Shown here piece by piece: positions 30,406 to 39,755 of a stretch of DNA of 64,000 bases. The position numbers were made by a program, and so were the translations under genes. The notes beneath the pieces were generated by a model. The model searched no databases, was not told where the DNA came from, and saw nothing but the letters and a program-made list of their open reading frames with translations. The DNA comes from an uncultured Candidatus Binatia bacterium. GTDB taxonomy: Bacteria > Desulfobacterota > Binatia > UBA9968 > JAJDTQ01. Every line of letters starts with the position of its first letter. The stretch's first letter is position 1. The stretch is taken from contig OZ219754.1 in assembly GCA_964291295.2 (NCBI GenBank), positions 256,001-320,000 of the forward strand, read 5' to 3'.

Positions 30406-30432
30406 ACGGGAGGAACGGGAGGAACGGGAGGA
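30406..30432 (+). repeat. ACGGGAGGA x3 tandem repeat that triplicates the RBS
   Basis: Three exact 9-bp copies ending 6 nt before the ATG at 30439. Confidence 0.8.
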
Positions 30433-30438
30433 ACATGA

Positions 30439-31185
30439 ATGGCTGACGCTCTGGGCTGGCGGCGCAAGTTCGCGGTCATCGCCCCCTCCACCAACACCTC
30501 GGTGCAACCCGAGTTCGACGACATGAGGCCGCCCGGCGTGACCAACCACTTCAGCCGGATCTGGATACCCGACGATCCCATCCACGACGACGCGGACTTC
30601 GAGCGGTTGATGGTGAACATTCGCGCGGAGGTGGACAACGCCATCGACCGCGTCATGACCTGCAGGCCGGACTACCTGATCATGGGCATGTCGTCGGAGA
30701 CCTTCTGGGACGGCGCCGAAGGAAGCCGGCGGTTGCTGGAGGCGGTGGAACGGCGGGCGGGGGTGCGGGTCGCCATGGGCTCCCGCGCCTGCGAGGCGGC
30801 GCTGGAAGTCTGCGGCGGCATCCGGCGCATCGGCGTGATCACGCCCTACATGCCCGTGGGGGACGCCCAGGTGGCGCGCTTTTTCACCGACTGCGGCTAT
30901 GAGGTGGTGCGCCTCAAGGGGCTCCGGTGCGAGAGTCCGGTGTTGATCGCCCATGTGCAGGCGGACGCGCTGGAGGCGGCGGTCGCCGAGGTGGATGGAA
31001 GCGATGTGGACGCGGTGGTCCAGGTGGGCACCAATCTGGCCATGGCACGGCTGGCGAACGAAGCGGAACGCCGCCTGGGCAAGCCGGTCATCGCCATCAA
31101 CACGGCCATCTACTGGTACGCGCTGCGGCAGAACGGTCTGTCGGACCAGTTCGACGGCTTCGGCAGACTGCTGTCGCGTTTCTAG
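30439..31185 (+). CDS. maleate isomerase / arylmalonate decarboxylase (Asp/Glu racemase superfamily) protein
   Basis: IAPSTNT.VQPEF, RRIGVITPY and GKPVIAIN. Confidence 0.8.
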   Translation: MADALGWRRKFAVIAPSTNTSVQPEFDDMRPPGVTNHFSRIWIPDDPIHDDADFERLMVNIRAEVDNAIDRVMTCRPDYLIMGMSSETFWDGAEGSRRLLEAVERRAGVRVAMGSRACEAALEVCGGIRRIGVITPYMPVGDAQVARFFTDCGYEVVRLKGLRCESPVLIAHVQADALEAAVAEVDGSDVDAVVQVGTNLAMARLANEAERRLGKPVIAINTAIYWYALRQNGLSDQFDGFGRLLSRF

Positions 31186-31386
31186 GAAGGTCTGAACAAC
31201 CCCGGGTTCGCCGGGGCTGAATGAACGAGATCAATGGGTTGCGAGCCTGCCGCTGGCGTGCCGCCGCCTTGTCCGGAACTTCCCGGGGGCAAGCCCGAAC
31301 AAGGCGACGGCGCGGCCGGGAGCGGCTCGCAGCCTGTTGATTCCATCGATTCGGCCCCGGCGAACCCGGGATTGTTCGAACCTTCC
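31185..31386. mobile_element. ~200-bp fold-back MITE with IS5-like terminal inverted repeats
   Basis: Left end GGAAGGTCTGAACAACCCCGGGTTCGCCGGGGCTGAAT; reverse complement of the right end GGAAGGTTCGAACAATCCCGGGTTCGCCGGGGCCGAAT. The interior is also self-complementary. Confidence 0.7.
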
Positions 31387-31465
31387 CCGGCGGCCTGTAC
31401 CGCGGGACGGCCGGCAGGACGGTCGCCCGTGGCCGATGGCACCCGCGCCGGGGACAGGAGAGCAC

Positions 31466-32257
31466 ATGGGCCTGACGGTTTACAGGGTTCCCGGGTGGGA
31501 GGCCGAACCCGGATTGCAACACGGTTTTGTCGGCCGGAGCGGCGGCAACAGCCGGGGCGCGTTCGCAAGCCTCAACGTCTCCTTCACGGTGGGCGACGAC
31601 CCGGTGTCGGTCAAGGACAACTACCGCGCCATGAAACGCGCCGTGGGCATGGACGGCACACCGATGGCGACCATGCGGCAACGACACGGCGACCGGATCA
31701 TCGACGTCGCCTGGCCGTGCAAGGACGCCGGCGAGGGCGACGCCATGGTGACGGACGCTCCCGGGGTATTCATCGGGGTGCTCACCGCGGACTGCGTGCC
31801 CATCATCTGCTGGGGGCATGCGCGCCGGCGAAGACTGGCCGCGGTGATCCACGCGGGCTGGCGCGGGACCCTGGCCAACCTGGCCGCCAGGGCGGTGCGG
31901 CATATCGCCAGCCGCTACGGGATGCGCCCGGAGGAGCTCTCCTGTGCTCTGGGACCGGCCATCGGAGGTTGCTGCTACGAAATCGGCCCGAGGGTTTCGG
32001 AGCCGCTGGTCGGGGCGTGGGGCGGCAGCGCGGAAGCCTCCCTCGAAGGCAGGGACGGCCGGACCTACCTTGACCTGCGGCGGTTGAACACCGCGCTGCT
32101 GGAAGCGGCGGGAGTACCCGGGGAACGGATCGCCAACATCGGCCCCTGCACCGCGTGCAACCCGGCCCAACTCTTCTCCTACCGGCGGGTGTCCAAGAGC
32201 GGCGACGGCACCACGGGACGCCAGGCAAGCTTCATCGGCTGGCGGGAAGCGCCTTGA
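31466..32257 (+). CDS. pgeF: YfiH/PgeF purine-nucleoside phosphorylase (laccase-domain protein)
   Basis: HGF, SLN, Q.HG, GDAMVT, LTADCVPI, HAGWRG, GPAIGGCCYE and LFSYRR. Confidence 0.92.
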   Translation: MGLTVYRVPGWEAEPGLQHGFVGRSGGNSRGAFASLNVSFTVGDDPVSVKDNYRAMKRAVGMDGTPMATMRQRHGDRIIDVAWPCKDAGEGDAMVTDAPGVFIGVLTADCVPIICWGHARRRRLAAVIHAGWRGTLANLAARAVRHIASRYGMRPEELSCALGPAIGGCCYEIGPRVSEPLVGAWGGSAEASLEGRDGRTYLDLRRLNTALLEAAGVPGERIANIGPCTACNPAQLFSYRRVSKSGDGTTGRQASFIGWREAP

Positions 32258-32339
32258 CCCGGGGAAACCGGGAACCCCGGCCCGGGAACGGAACCGGGAA
32301 GAAAGCCGGAAACGGCAAGAAGGTTGGAAGCCCTGGCTG

Positions 32340-32375
32340 AAAAAAGCCCCGGCTGACGCCTGGCCAGCCGGGGCT
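32340..32375 (-). terminator. intrinsic terminator
   Basis: Minus strand AGCCCCGGCTG-loop-CAGCCGGGGC followed by six T. Confidence 0.85.
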
Positions 32376-32427
32376 CGGTGTACTGTCGGAATTGACCAAG
32401 ACCCTCAATTCCGAAAGGCTCGAGAGC

Positions 32428-32466
32428 CTAGGTCTCAGTCACCTCGCAGCTGCATATGTCACTCAT
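32428..32466 (-). CDS. 12-aa micropeptide MSDICSCEVTET
   Basis: AAAGGAGGTGG RBS at 32474-32484, its own promoter and its own terminator. Confidence 0.6.
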   Translation of the reverse strand: MSDICSCEVTET

Positions 32467-32498
32467 ATTTTGACCACCTCCTTTCTCTGCTGGCTTGC

Positions 32499-32527
32499 AT
32501 CCTAAGGAAGAGGAACGTGTTTGTCAA
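32499..32527 (-). promoter_or_regulatory. sigma70 promoter
   Basis: TTGACA (32527-32522), N17, TAGGAT (32504-32499). Confidence 0.75.
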
Positions 32528-33168
32528 ACTTTTGATGGACCTGGTCCGGATCGACTCGGGCGTCTCCCTGCCGGGGACCGCTTCGCGGCGAACGCCGCGG
32601 CATTCCGCACCCGGGTGTCCGGGTCGTTGGCGGCGGCCTGCTCCAGGGCGGTCCGCACGTCCGCCCCGAGTTCCGACTCCTTCGCAAGGGCGGTGACCAC
32701 CGCCACGCGCACCAGGGGTTCCGGGTCTTCGATGGCCTGGAGCAGGCCTGCCGGTACGCCCGCCCCGGCCGACCCGATGTCCCGCAGGCAGTAGACCGCC
32801 ATGCGCCTTTGGGTGGGCGTACCGTGCCGCAGCAGATCCTTCAGGCGCACCTTGACCTCGGTATAGCGCGTTCCCAGGTCGGCGAGCAGCCGCTGTGTGG
32901 CCCACCGGAGATCCGGGTCGAGGTTTCCGAGCCCCCGCTCGAGTACTTCGAGACAGGACGCGGACGGACGTGCGATCTGGCCAAGGGCATAGGCGAGGGG
33001 CCAGCGGGGCGCGGCGCGCAGCCGTTGGGCCAGCAGCCCGGCCACCCGGGCCTCCACCGCGGCCAGCGCCACCAGTTCTTCCACGGCGCGGCGGACCACC
33101 GCCTTGTCGGCCTGGTCCAGCGCATCGAGCAAGGTTGCCATGCGCCGGTTCGGGCATTCGCGTTGCAT
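32524..33168 (-). CDS. HEAT-repeat protein
   Basis: Repeated L.D.DP.VR..A..AL units (LDPDLRWA, EDPEPLVRVAVVTAL, NDPDTRVRNAA). Confidence 0.75.
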   Translation of the reverse strand: MQRECPNRRMATLLDALDQADKAVVRRAVEELVALAAVEARVAGLLAQRLRAAPRWPLAYALGQIARPSASCLEVLERGLGNLDPDLRWATQRLLADLGTRYTEVKVRLKDLLRHGTPTQRRMAVYCLRDIGSAGAGVPAGLLQAIEDPEPLVRVAVVTALAKESELGADVRTALEQAAANDPDTRVRNAAAFAAKRSPAGRRPSRSGPGPSKV

Positions 33169-33186
33169 CGGCGGGTTGCGGACCGG

Positions 33187-34026
33187 CTACCGCGCCGGCA
33201 ATGAATGGAGCAGTTCCCGGCACCGGGCCGGGTAGTCCGTGATGATGCCATCGACCCCGAGCGCCAGCAGCTCCCGCATCTCGTCCACCTCGTTCACGGT
33301 CCAGACATGGACCTCGACGTCCCGCCGGTGGGCGGCGGCCACCAGCGCCGGCGTGACCAGATCCATGCCCTGGTGGCGCCGCGGGATCTGGAGCGCCTGT
33401 CCGGGGGCCTCCCGCGGCGGCTCCTGTCCGGTCCGGAGCGCGGTCACGAAGGTGCGGATCTCCCCGGTGGAGAATCCCGTGGCCACGGGCAGGCCGCGGC
33501 CCCGGATGACCGCGCGTGCGGCGTTCATGGCGGCATCGTCCTCGGCCGCCACCAGCACCTGCTCCGCCTTGCCGCACTCCTCCACGAGATCGAACAGCGT
33601 GTCCATGGCCGGCACCGGCAACTCCTTGATCTCCAGCGTCGCCCGGGCGCGGGGAAGGTCCGAGAAGAACTCCCGCAGGGTGGGGACGCGGATCCCCCGG
33701 CCACGGAACGGATGGCTGGCGCCGCCGTCGGGCGTGAAGCGGAAACCGGCGTCCAGCCGCCTCAACTCGGCCAGGTTCATTTCCCGTACCGTGCCGGCGC
33801 CGTCGGTGGTGCGCTGGACGGTATCGTCGTGGATGACGACGATCTCGCCGTCGCGGCTGGCGTGAACGTCCAGTTCGATGAAGCCTGCGCCATCATCGAG
33901 GGCGCGGCGGAACGACGCCAGCGTATTCTCCGGCATGAAGCCGGCCGCCCCGCGATGCCCCCCGATTCTGGGCGGGGGATCCGAGAAGAATGACGGACAG
34001 GATGGCTGCGAAGGTGCGTCGCTCAT
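33187..34026 (-). CDS. glycerophosphodiester phosphodiesterase
   Basis: GHRGA..PENTL, ELDVH..RDG..VVIHD, WTVN and GVDGIITDYP. Confidence 0.92.
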   Translation of the reverse strand: MSDAPSQPSCPSFFSDPPPRIGGHRGAAGFMPENTLASFRRALDDGAGFIELDVHASRDGEIVVIHDDTVQRTTDGAGTVREMNLAELRRLDAGFRFTPDGGASHPFRGRGIRVPTLREFFSDLPRARATLEIKELPVPAMDTLFDLVEECGKAEQVLVAAEDDAAMNAARAVIRGRGLPVATGFSTGEIRTFVTALRTGQEPPREAPGQALQIPRRHQGMDLVTPALVAAAHRRDVEVHVWTVNEVDEMRELLALGVDGIITDYPARCRELLHSLPAR

Positions 34027-34360
34027 GGCCCGGGTGCGTCGGGTGCGGGATGGAATCGGGGACAATCCTTGAATTTTTGCTCCGCGGCACCTAAGATCGG
34101 TCGGATTGTCTCGTGCGTTATTATCCCGTTCGTGACCATCGTGCGTGACTATCTCATGTTTCCAGGATCGACACCCGTTGTCGATCACCATTGTATCGAG
34201 TGTCGACCACCATCGATTCCTGTGTTGATACCTGTGGCGACCTTTCCGGGTCAAGAGACCGGGCTGCGCACCTGGACGGCAGACCATGGAGCGGAGGCGC
34301 GAGGCCGAAGGGACAGGGGCGGGGCATGAACCACCGTAAAACGGCAGGCAAGGGGCGCTG

Positions 34361-35911
34361 ATGGCCGCGGAGGACCGTCTGCTCAGGCTGAAGGAACTGG
34401 ACCGCCGAGCGCAGCTCGGGGGCGGCGAGGTGCGCATTCGCCGGCAGCACCAGGAGGGCAAGCTGCTGGCGCGGGAACGTATCGAAATCCTGCTGGACCA
34501 GGGCAGCTTCGTGGAACTGGACCGTCTGCGGACCCACGAATGCACCGACTTCGACATGCAGGATCAGAAGATTCCCGGCGATGCCGTGGTGACGGGGTCC
34601 GGCACCATCGACGGCCGCACCGTATTCGTCTACGCCCAGGACTTCACCGTATTCGGGGGCAGCCTGAGCGGGGTGGTGGCGGACAAGATCTGCAAGGTCC
34701 AGGAGCTGGCCATGAAGAACGGCGCTCCCATCCTGGGCATCAACGACTCGGGGGGTGCGCGCATCCAGGAGGGGGTGGTCAGCCTGGACGGCTACGCCCG
34801 CATTTTCGCCAACAACGTCGCCGCCTCGGGCGTCGTCCCGCAGATTTCCGCCATCATGGGACCCTGCGCCGGCGGCGCGGTCTACTCGCCGGCCATCACC
34901 GACTTCATCTTCATGACCCGGAACACCGGGTACATGTTCATCACCGGGCCGGACGTCATCAAGACCGTCACCCACGAAGAGGTTTCCAAGGAAGAGCTGG
35001 GCGGGACCGAGACCCATACCCGCAAGAGCGGCGTGGCCCATTTCTCCGCGGACAACGACAAGGACTGCCTGCTCATGATACGCGAGTTCATGAGCTTTCT
35101 CCCCAGCAACAACCTGGAGGAACCGCCGTTCCGTCCGACCGAAGACGATCCCCAGCGGCGCGACCAGCGGCTGCCGCACGTGGTGCCGGCGAACCCCAAC
35201 CTTCCCTACGACATGAAGGATCTCATCGGCGTGGTGGTGGACGAGGGTTATTTCTATGAGGTCCACAAGGAGTTCGCGCCCAACATCGTGGTGGCGTTCG
35301 CGCGTCTGGGAGGGCGCACGGTGGGCATCGTCGGCAATCAGCCGGCCCATCTGGCCGGGTGCCTGGACATCAATGCGTCGGTGAAGGCGGCACGGTTCGT
35401 GCGCTTCTGCGACTGCTTCAACATACCGGTCATCACCTTCGTCGACGTTCCCGGCTTTCTGCCCGGCACCGATCAGGAGTACAACGGCATCATCCGCCAC
35501 GGCGCCAAGCTCCTGTTCGCCTACGCCGAGGCGACGGTGCCGAAGATCACCGTCGTCACCCGGAAGGCCTACGGCGGCGGCTACATCGTCATGGCCAGCA
35601 AGTTTCTGAAAGGCGACATAAATCTGGCCTACCCGGCCTCGGAGATCGCGGTGATGGGCCCGGAAGGCGCCATCAACATCGTCTTCCGCAGCGAGATCAA
35701 GGAGGCGAAGGACGAGAAGAAGACCCGGCAGAAGCTGGTGAACGACTACCGGAGAATGTTCGCCAACCCGTTCCGGTCCGCCGAGCTGGGCAACCTCGAC
35801 GCCATCATCGTGCCCGAGGACACCCGGCCCACGCTGATCCATGCGCTGGAGATGCTGAAGAAGAAGCGCGACAACAGCCTCCCGCGAAAACACGGCAACA
35901 TGCCGCTCTGA
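34361..35911 (+). CDS. pccB: acyl-CoA (propionyl-CoA) carboxylase, carboxyltransferase subunit
   Basis: QDFTVFGGS, DSGGARIQEG, GPCAGGAVYSPA, DVPGFLPG and RKHGNMPL. Confidence 0.9.
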   Translation: MAAEDRLLRLKELDRRAQLGGGEVRIRRQHQEGKLLARERIEILLDQGSFVELDRLRTHECTDFDMQDQKIPGDAVVTGSGTIDGRTVFVYAQDFTVFGGSLSGVVADKICKVQELAMKNGAPILGINDSGGARIQEGVVSLDGYARIFANNVAASGVVPQISAIMGPCAGGAVYSPAITDFIFMTRNTGYMFITGPDVIKTVTHEEVSKEELGGTETHTRKSGVAHFSADNDKDCLLMIREFMSFLPSNNLEEPPFRPTEDDPQRRDQRLPHVVPANPNLPYDMKDLIGVVVDEGYFYEVHKEFAPNIVVAFARLGGRTVGIVGNQPAHLAGCLDINASVKAARFVRFCDCFNIPVITFVDVPGFLPGTDQEYNGIIRHGAKLLFAYAEATVPKITVVTRKAYGGGYIVMASKFLKGDINLAYPASEIAVMGPEGAINIVFRSEIKEAKDEKKTRQKLVNDYRRMFANPFRSAELGNLDAIIVPEDTRPTLIHALEMLKKKRDNSLPRKHGNMPL

Positions 35912-35934
35912 GAGCGGCCCGGGGTCGTCCGACG

Positions 35935-37473
35935 ATGTTCAAACGGATCCTGGTGGCCAACCGCGGCGAGATCGCCGTCCGAATCATCCGCGCGTGCCGG
36001 GAACTGGACATCCAGAGCGTGGCTGTCTATTCCGAGGCGGACCGAGAGGCGCTGCACGTCAAGTACGCCGACTACTCCTATCCGGTGGGGCCGGCTCCGT
36101 CCACGGAGAGCTATCTCCGGATCGATCGGATCATCAGCGCCGCCCGGAAGAGCCGGGCCGACGCCATTCACCCGGGCTACGGCTTTCTCGCCGAGAACCC
36201 GGCGTTCGCCCGGGCCTGCGAGGAAGCCGGCATCGTGTTTCTGGGGCCGTCCCCGGAAATCATCAAGCAGATGGGCGACAAGGTCCACGCCCGGGCGCTG
36301 ATGAAGAAAGCGGGGCTGCCGGTGATTCCGGGCTCCGACGACATCCTCAGTTCCGAGCAGGAGGTGCTGGAAACCGCCGACGCCATCGGCTACCCGTGCG
36401 TCCTCAAGGCGGTGGCGGGCGGCGGCGGCAAGGGGCTGCGGCTGGTGGAGTCCGGCGGCGAGATACGCTCGGCCTATCGCGCGGTGCGTTCCGAGGCGGC
36501 CTCATCCTTCGGCGACTCCCGCCTCTATGTCGAGAAGTACCTGGAGCACTGCCGTCACATTGAAGTCCAGCTGTTGGCCGACATCTACGGCAAGGTGCTG
36601 CACCTGTTCACTCGGGAGTGCTCCATCCAGCGGCGCCACCAGAAGATCATCGAGGAGTGCCCCGCGCCCACCATCGACACCCGGATGCAGAAAGCCATGG
36701 GCAAGACCGCGGCCCAGGGGGCCCGGGCGCTCGGCTACACCGGCGCCGGCACCATGGAATTCCTGGTGGACCGCAACCGGAACTTCTACTTTCTGGAGAT
36801 GAACACCCGCCTGCAGGTGGAACATGCCATCACCGAGCGGGTCATGGGCATCGATCTGGTCAAGGCGCAGATCCATGTCGCCGCGGGCACACCGCTGTCC
36901 TGGTCCCAGCGCCAGATCCGGCCCACCGGGCACGCCATCGAATGCCGCATCTACGCCGAGGACCCGGAGACCGATTTCATGCCCTGTCCGGGCAAGATCG
37001 AGGGCTTGCGGCTGCCCGAGGGATTCGGCATCCGCAACGACTGCGGCGTGTACGAGGGCGCCGAGATTCCCATCCACTACGACCCCATGATCGCCAAGCT
37101 CATCGTCTGGGGCGAGGATCGCGCGGAGGCCATACGGCGCCTCAAGCGGGCGTTGCGCGAGTACCAGGTCCGGGGGGTCAAGACCAACATCCCGTTCCAC
37201 CAGTGGCTGCTGCGCCACCCGCAGTTCATCGAGGGCGACGTCTACACCGGATTCGTGGACGACCAGCGGGGCTACATGACCATGGAGCAGGTCTATCCGG
37301 ACCGTCACGTGGCGCTGGCCTCGGCGGCCATCGTGGCGCTGCACCGGGAGCAGCAGCGCGCGCTCCGCATGGTGGAGAAGGGGGCGGCGGAGAAATCGGA
37401 GTGGCGCGAGGCCGGCCGCCGGGAGGCGCTGCGGCTTCGCTCCGACGGGTCCGCTCCCGGGCGCGGCTGGTAA
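35935..37473 (+). CDS. accC: biotin carboxylase subunit
   Basis: ILVANRGEIA, IHPGYGFLAEN, GGGGKG, CSIQRRHQK and FLEMNTRLQVEH. Confidence 0.93.
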   Translation: MFKRILVANRGEIAVRIIRACRELDIQSVAVYSEADREALHVKYADYSYPVGPAPSTESYLRIDRIISAARKSRADAIHPGYGFLAENPAFARACEEAGIVFLGPSPEIIKQMGDKVHARALMKKAGLPVIPGSDDILSSEQEVLETADAIGYPCVLKAVAGGGGKGLRLVESGGEIRSAYRAVRSEAASSFGDSRLYVEKYLEHCRHIEVQLLADIYGKVLHLFTRECSIQRRHQKIIEECPAPTIDTRMQKAMGKTAAQGARALGYTGAGTMEFLVDRNRNFYFLEMNTRLQVEHAITERVMGIDLVKAQIHVAAGTPLSWSQRQIRPTGHAIECRIYAEDPETDFMPCPGKIEGLRLPEGFGIRNDCGVYEGAEIPIHYDPMIAKLIVWGEDRAEAIRRLKRALREYQVRGVKTNIPFHQWLLRHPQFIEGDVYTGFVDDQRGYMTMEQVYPDRHVALASAAIVALHREQQRALRMVEKGAAEKSEWREAGRREALRLRSDGSAPGRGW

Positions 37474-37478
37474 GGGCC

Positions 37479-37982
37479 ATGGCATTCATCGCGGAACTCG
37501 GCGGACAGACCTCGGTGGTGCGCATCACCGAGACCGGGAAGTCGCTCTACAAGGTGGTGGTGGACGGGAACGAGTTCATGGTGGACGGCAGGCGCACCGG
37601 CCGCAACAACTATTCGCTCCTGATCGACAACCGCTCCTTCGAGGTGGACGTGGACACCACCGAGGACGAGTACCGCGTCCTGCTCGACGGCCGCACCTAC
37701 CACATCCGCATGTCCGACGAGCGGCAGGTGCGCGTCGGCGGCCGGCAGGAGTCCACCGAAATGTCGGGCCGGCAGGAGGTGCGGATCCCCATGCCCGGCA
37801 AGGTGGTGGCCGTGCTGGTGAACGAGGGCGACGCCGTGACCAAGGGCCAGGGGCTGGTGATCGTCGAGGCCATGAAGATGGAGAACGAGGTGCGTGCACC
37901 CGGCAACGGCGCGGTCAGGGAGATCCGCATCAACGCCGGGGAGTCGGTGGAATCCGGGCAGGTGCTGGCGATCGTCGAATAA
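37479..37982 (+). CDS. biotin carboxyl carrier protein
   Basis: PMPGKV and the EAMKMENE biotinylation motif. Confidence 0.92.
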   Translation: MAFIAELGGQTSVVRITETGKSLYKVVVDGNEFMVDGRRTGRNNYSLLIDNRSFEVDVDTTEDEYRVLLDGRTYHIRMSDERQVRVGGRQESTEMSGRQEVRIPMPGKVVAVLVNEGDAVTKGQGLVIVEAMKMENEVRAPGNGAVREIRINAGESVESGQVLAIVE

Positions 37983-37988
37983 CCCCCC

Positions 37989-38750
37989 CTACGCCTTCCG
38001 TCTCATGAAGTAGACCAGCACGAGGGTGAGGCCGTAGAGGGCGGTCAACGGCAGCGCCAGCAACACCTGCGAGATCACGTCGGGCGGGGTCAGGACCGCG
38101 CCCAGAACGACGATGCCCAGCAAGGCGTAGGGGAACCGTCTGATCATCATCCGGTGATCGATGATCCCCGCCCGGGCCAGGAACACTCCCGCCACCGGCA
38201 ACTCGAAGACCACCCCGAAGGCCAGCATCAGCTTCGCCGAGAACGACAGGTACTCGCTCACCCGGATCGCCGGACGGACATCCAGTTGCCGGTACTGCTC
38301 CACGAAGAACCGATAACCGATGTCGAAGATGACCAGATAGCAGAAACCGGCTCCCAGCAGAAAGAACAGGGTACCGAAGGCGACGAAGCCCTTGGCATAG
38401 CGCTTTTCGCGGCGGTAGAGACCCGGCGCCACGAACCTCCAGGCGTGCCACAGCAACACGGGTAGAGCCAGGAAGAGGGCCGCCACGAACGCCACCTTCA
38501 ATTTCGCGAAGAACGCCTCGGCCACGCCGGTGCCGATGACGGTCAGGCCGGCAGCCTCCAGTCGGAGTAGCGGCGCGGTCATGAACCGGACGAGATGATC
38601 AGCCGCCAGATAGCAGGCGATGAAGCCTGCCAGCACGGCCAGCGCGGACTGGATGAGTCGGGAGCGGAGTTCTTCCAGGTGAGCCGTCAGCGGCATGCTG
38701 GCGTCGTCCGACAGCCGCTCCTCTCCGCCCGCCTCTTCGTCCGTGCTCAC
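37989..38750 (-). CDS. tatC: twin-arginine translocase TatC
   Basis: HLEELR.RL, W.FVAPGLY..EK, FG..FELP and LTPPD..SQ. Confidence 0.95.
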   Translation of the reverse strand: MSTDEEAGGEERLSDDASMPLTAHLEELRSRLIQSALAVLAGFIACYLAADHLVRFMTAPLLRLEAAGLTVIGTGVAEAFFAKLKVAFVAALFLALPVLLWHAWRFVAPGLYRREKRYAKGFVAFGTLFFLLGAGFCYLVIFDIGYRFFVEQYRQLDVRPAIRVSEYLSFSAKLMLAFGVVFELPVAGVFLARAGIIDHRMMIRRFPYALLGIVVLGAVLTPPDVISQVLLALPLTALYGLTLVLVYFMRRKA

Positions 38751-39013
38751 TCTTTCCTGGCGGGATCGTCCGCTGGAGACAGGGTATTGGCGGGCTGGTC
38801 TTCCCCGGACGGTTCGGTGTTGTCGCTCAGCGGACGGCCGTCGAGCTCATCCGCGGCGGCCTCCATTTCCCGCTTCATGTCGTCGGTGGTGCGCCGAAAT
38901 TCGGCAATCCCCCGCCCCAGGGAACGTGCGATCTCCGGCAGCTTCCTGGGCCCGAGAACGATCAGGGCCACGGCCAGGATCAAGAGCAACTCAGGCATTC
39001 CGATACCGAACAT
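38747..39013 (-). CDS. tatB: TatA/TatB translocase subunit
   Basis: [40 protein letters not shown]. Confidence 0.85.
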   Translation of the reverse strand: MFGIGMPELLLILAVALIVLGPRKLPEIARSLGRGIAEFRRTTDDMKREMEAAADELDGRPLSDNTEPSGEDQPANTLSPADDPARKE

Positions 39014-39591
39014 TCCGCCTCCCGCAACAAGGCTAAGGCATTTGCCGGAACGAGTCAAAGCGCAGTCCGCAGGACTGTCCCACGCTGCGTGTTTGTGCGG
39101 GCGGTGAGGTTTGGGTCAAGCACGGACGTTCTTGCGCTGGGGCAATCATACTTCGGGAATGTGGGAACGCATCTGCAAGGGGTCGAGCGCGATCCCGCGG
39201 CCGCATTCGGAGGACCCGGGCCTCAACGACGCCCGCAGGGCACCAGACCGCCCAAACCCATCCCCCGTCCACCGGGCCGGCGCTCATCCCTCGACACTAT
39301 CCCTACCGACAAGGATGGCGCCAAACACCCTTCCGCCCGGCTCTCGTCCCGACACAAACCTTCAGAAGGGACAGTCCTGGCCGCATTCAGGAAACCGGTG
39401 GCCTTTTCATGGAATACGGGATGGCGGCGAGCTGAGATGGAGAGGATGATGATCAAGGATTGGAAGCAGATGACGGTTGAGGAGAAATGGGAGAAGCAGG
39501 GCCTTTCCTGGTGGGAAACCGCTCCTTGGTGGTCAGACGGGGATACAGGCTAGAACTTGGTTCCTTGGACAAGACCTTGGCTTGAAGGGGG

Positions 39592-39606
39592 TTGACAGGG
39601 GGGGGG
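39592..39606 (+). promoter_or_regulatory. TTGACA followed by a G9 homopolymer (possible slippage-prone promoter)
   Basis: TTGACAGGGGGGGGG about 150 nt upstream of the RTX gene. No clear -10 box. Confidence 0.3.
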
Positions 39607-39755
39607 AGTAAGGGCTTGAAGGTAGCCGTGTTGCAGGTAGTGGTGTGTGCGACAGCAGGGCTATACGGCAAGGAATGTATCGGCTGTGTATCGGCTGTGT
39701 ATGGTGAAGCATTTCCGGGGTTGGCTGACGGCGACCGGATTACAGGAGGAGAACC

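Noticed and set aside
32340-32520. 6S RNA, tmRNA, or stop-codon readthrough of the micropeptide
   Set aside because: No long closing stem with a central bubble, no tRNA-like ends, and the read-through frame runs into the terminator without protein-like sequence.
39089-39553. Trp-rich ORF between tatB and the RTX gene
   Set aside because: Atypical codon usage, no recognisable motif and no convincing RBS.
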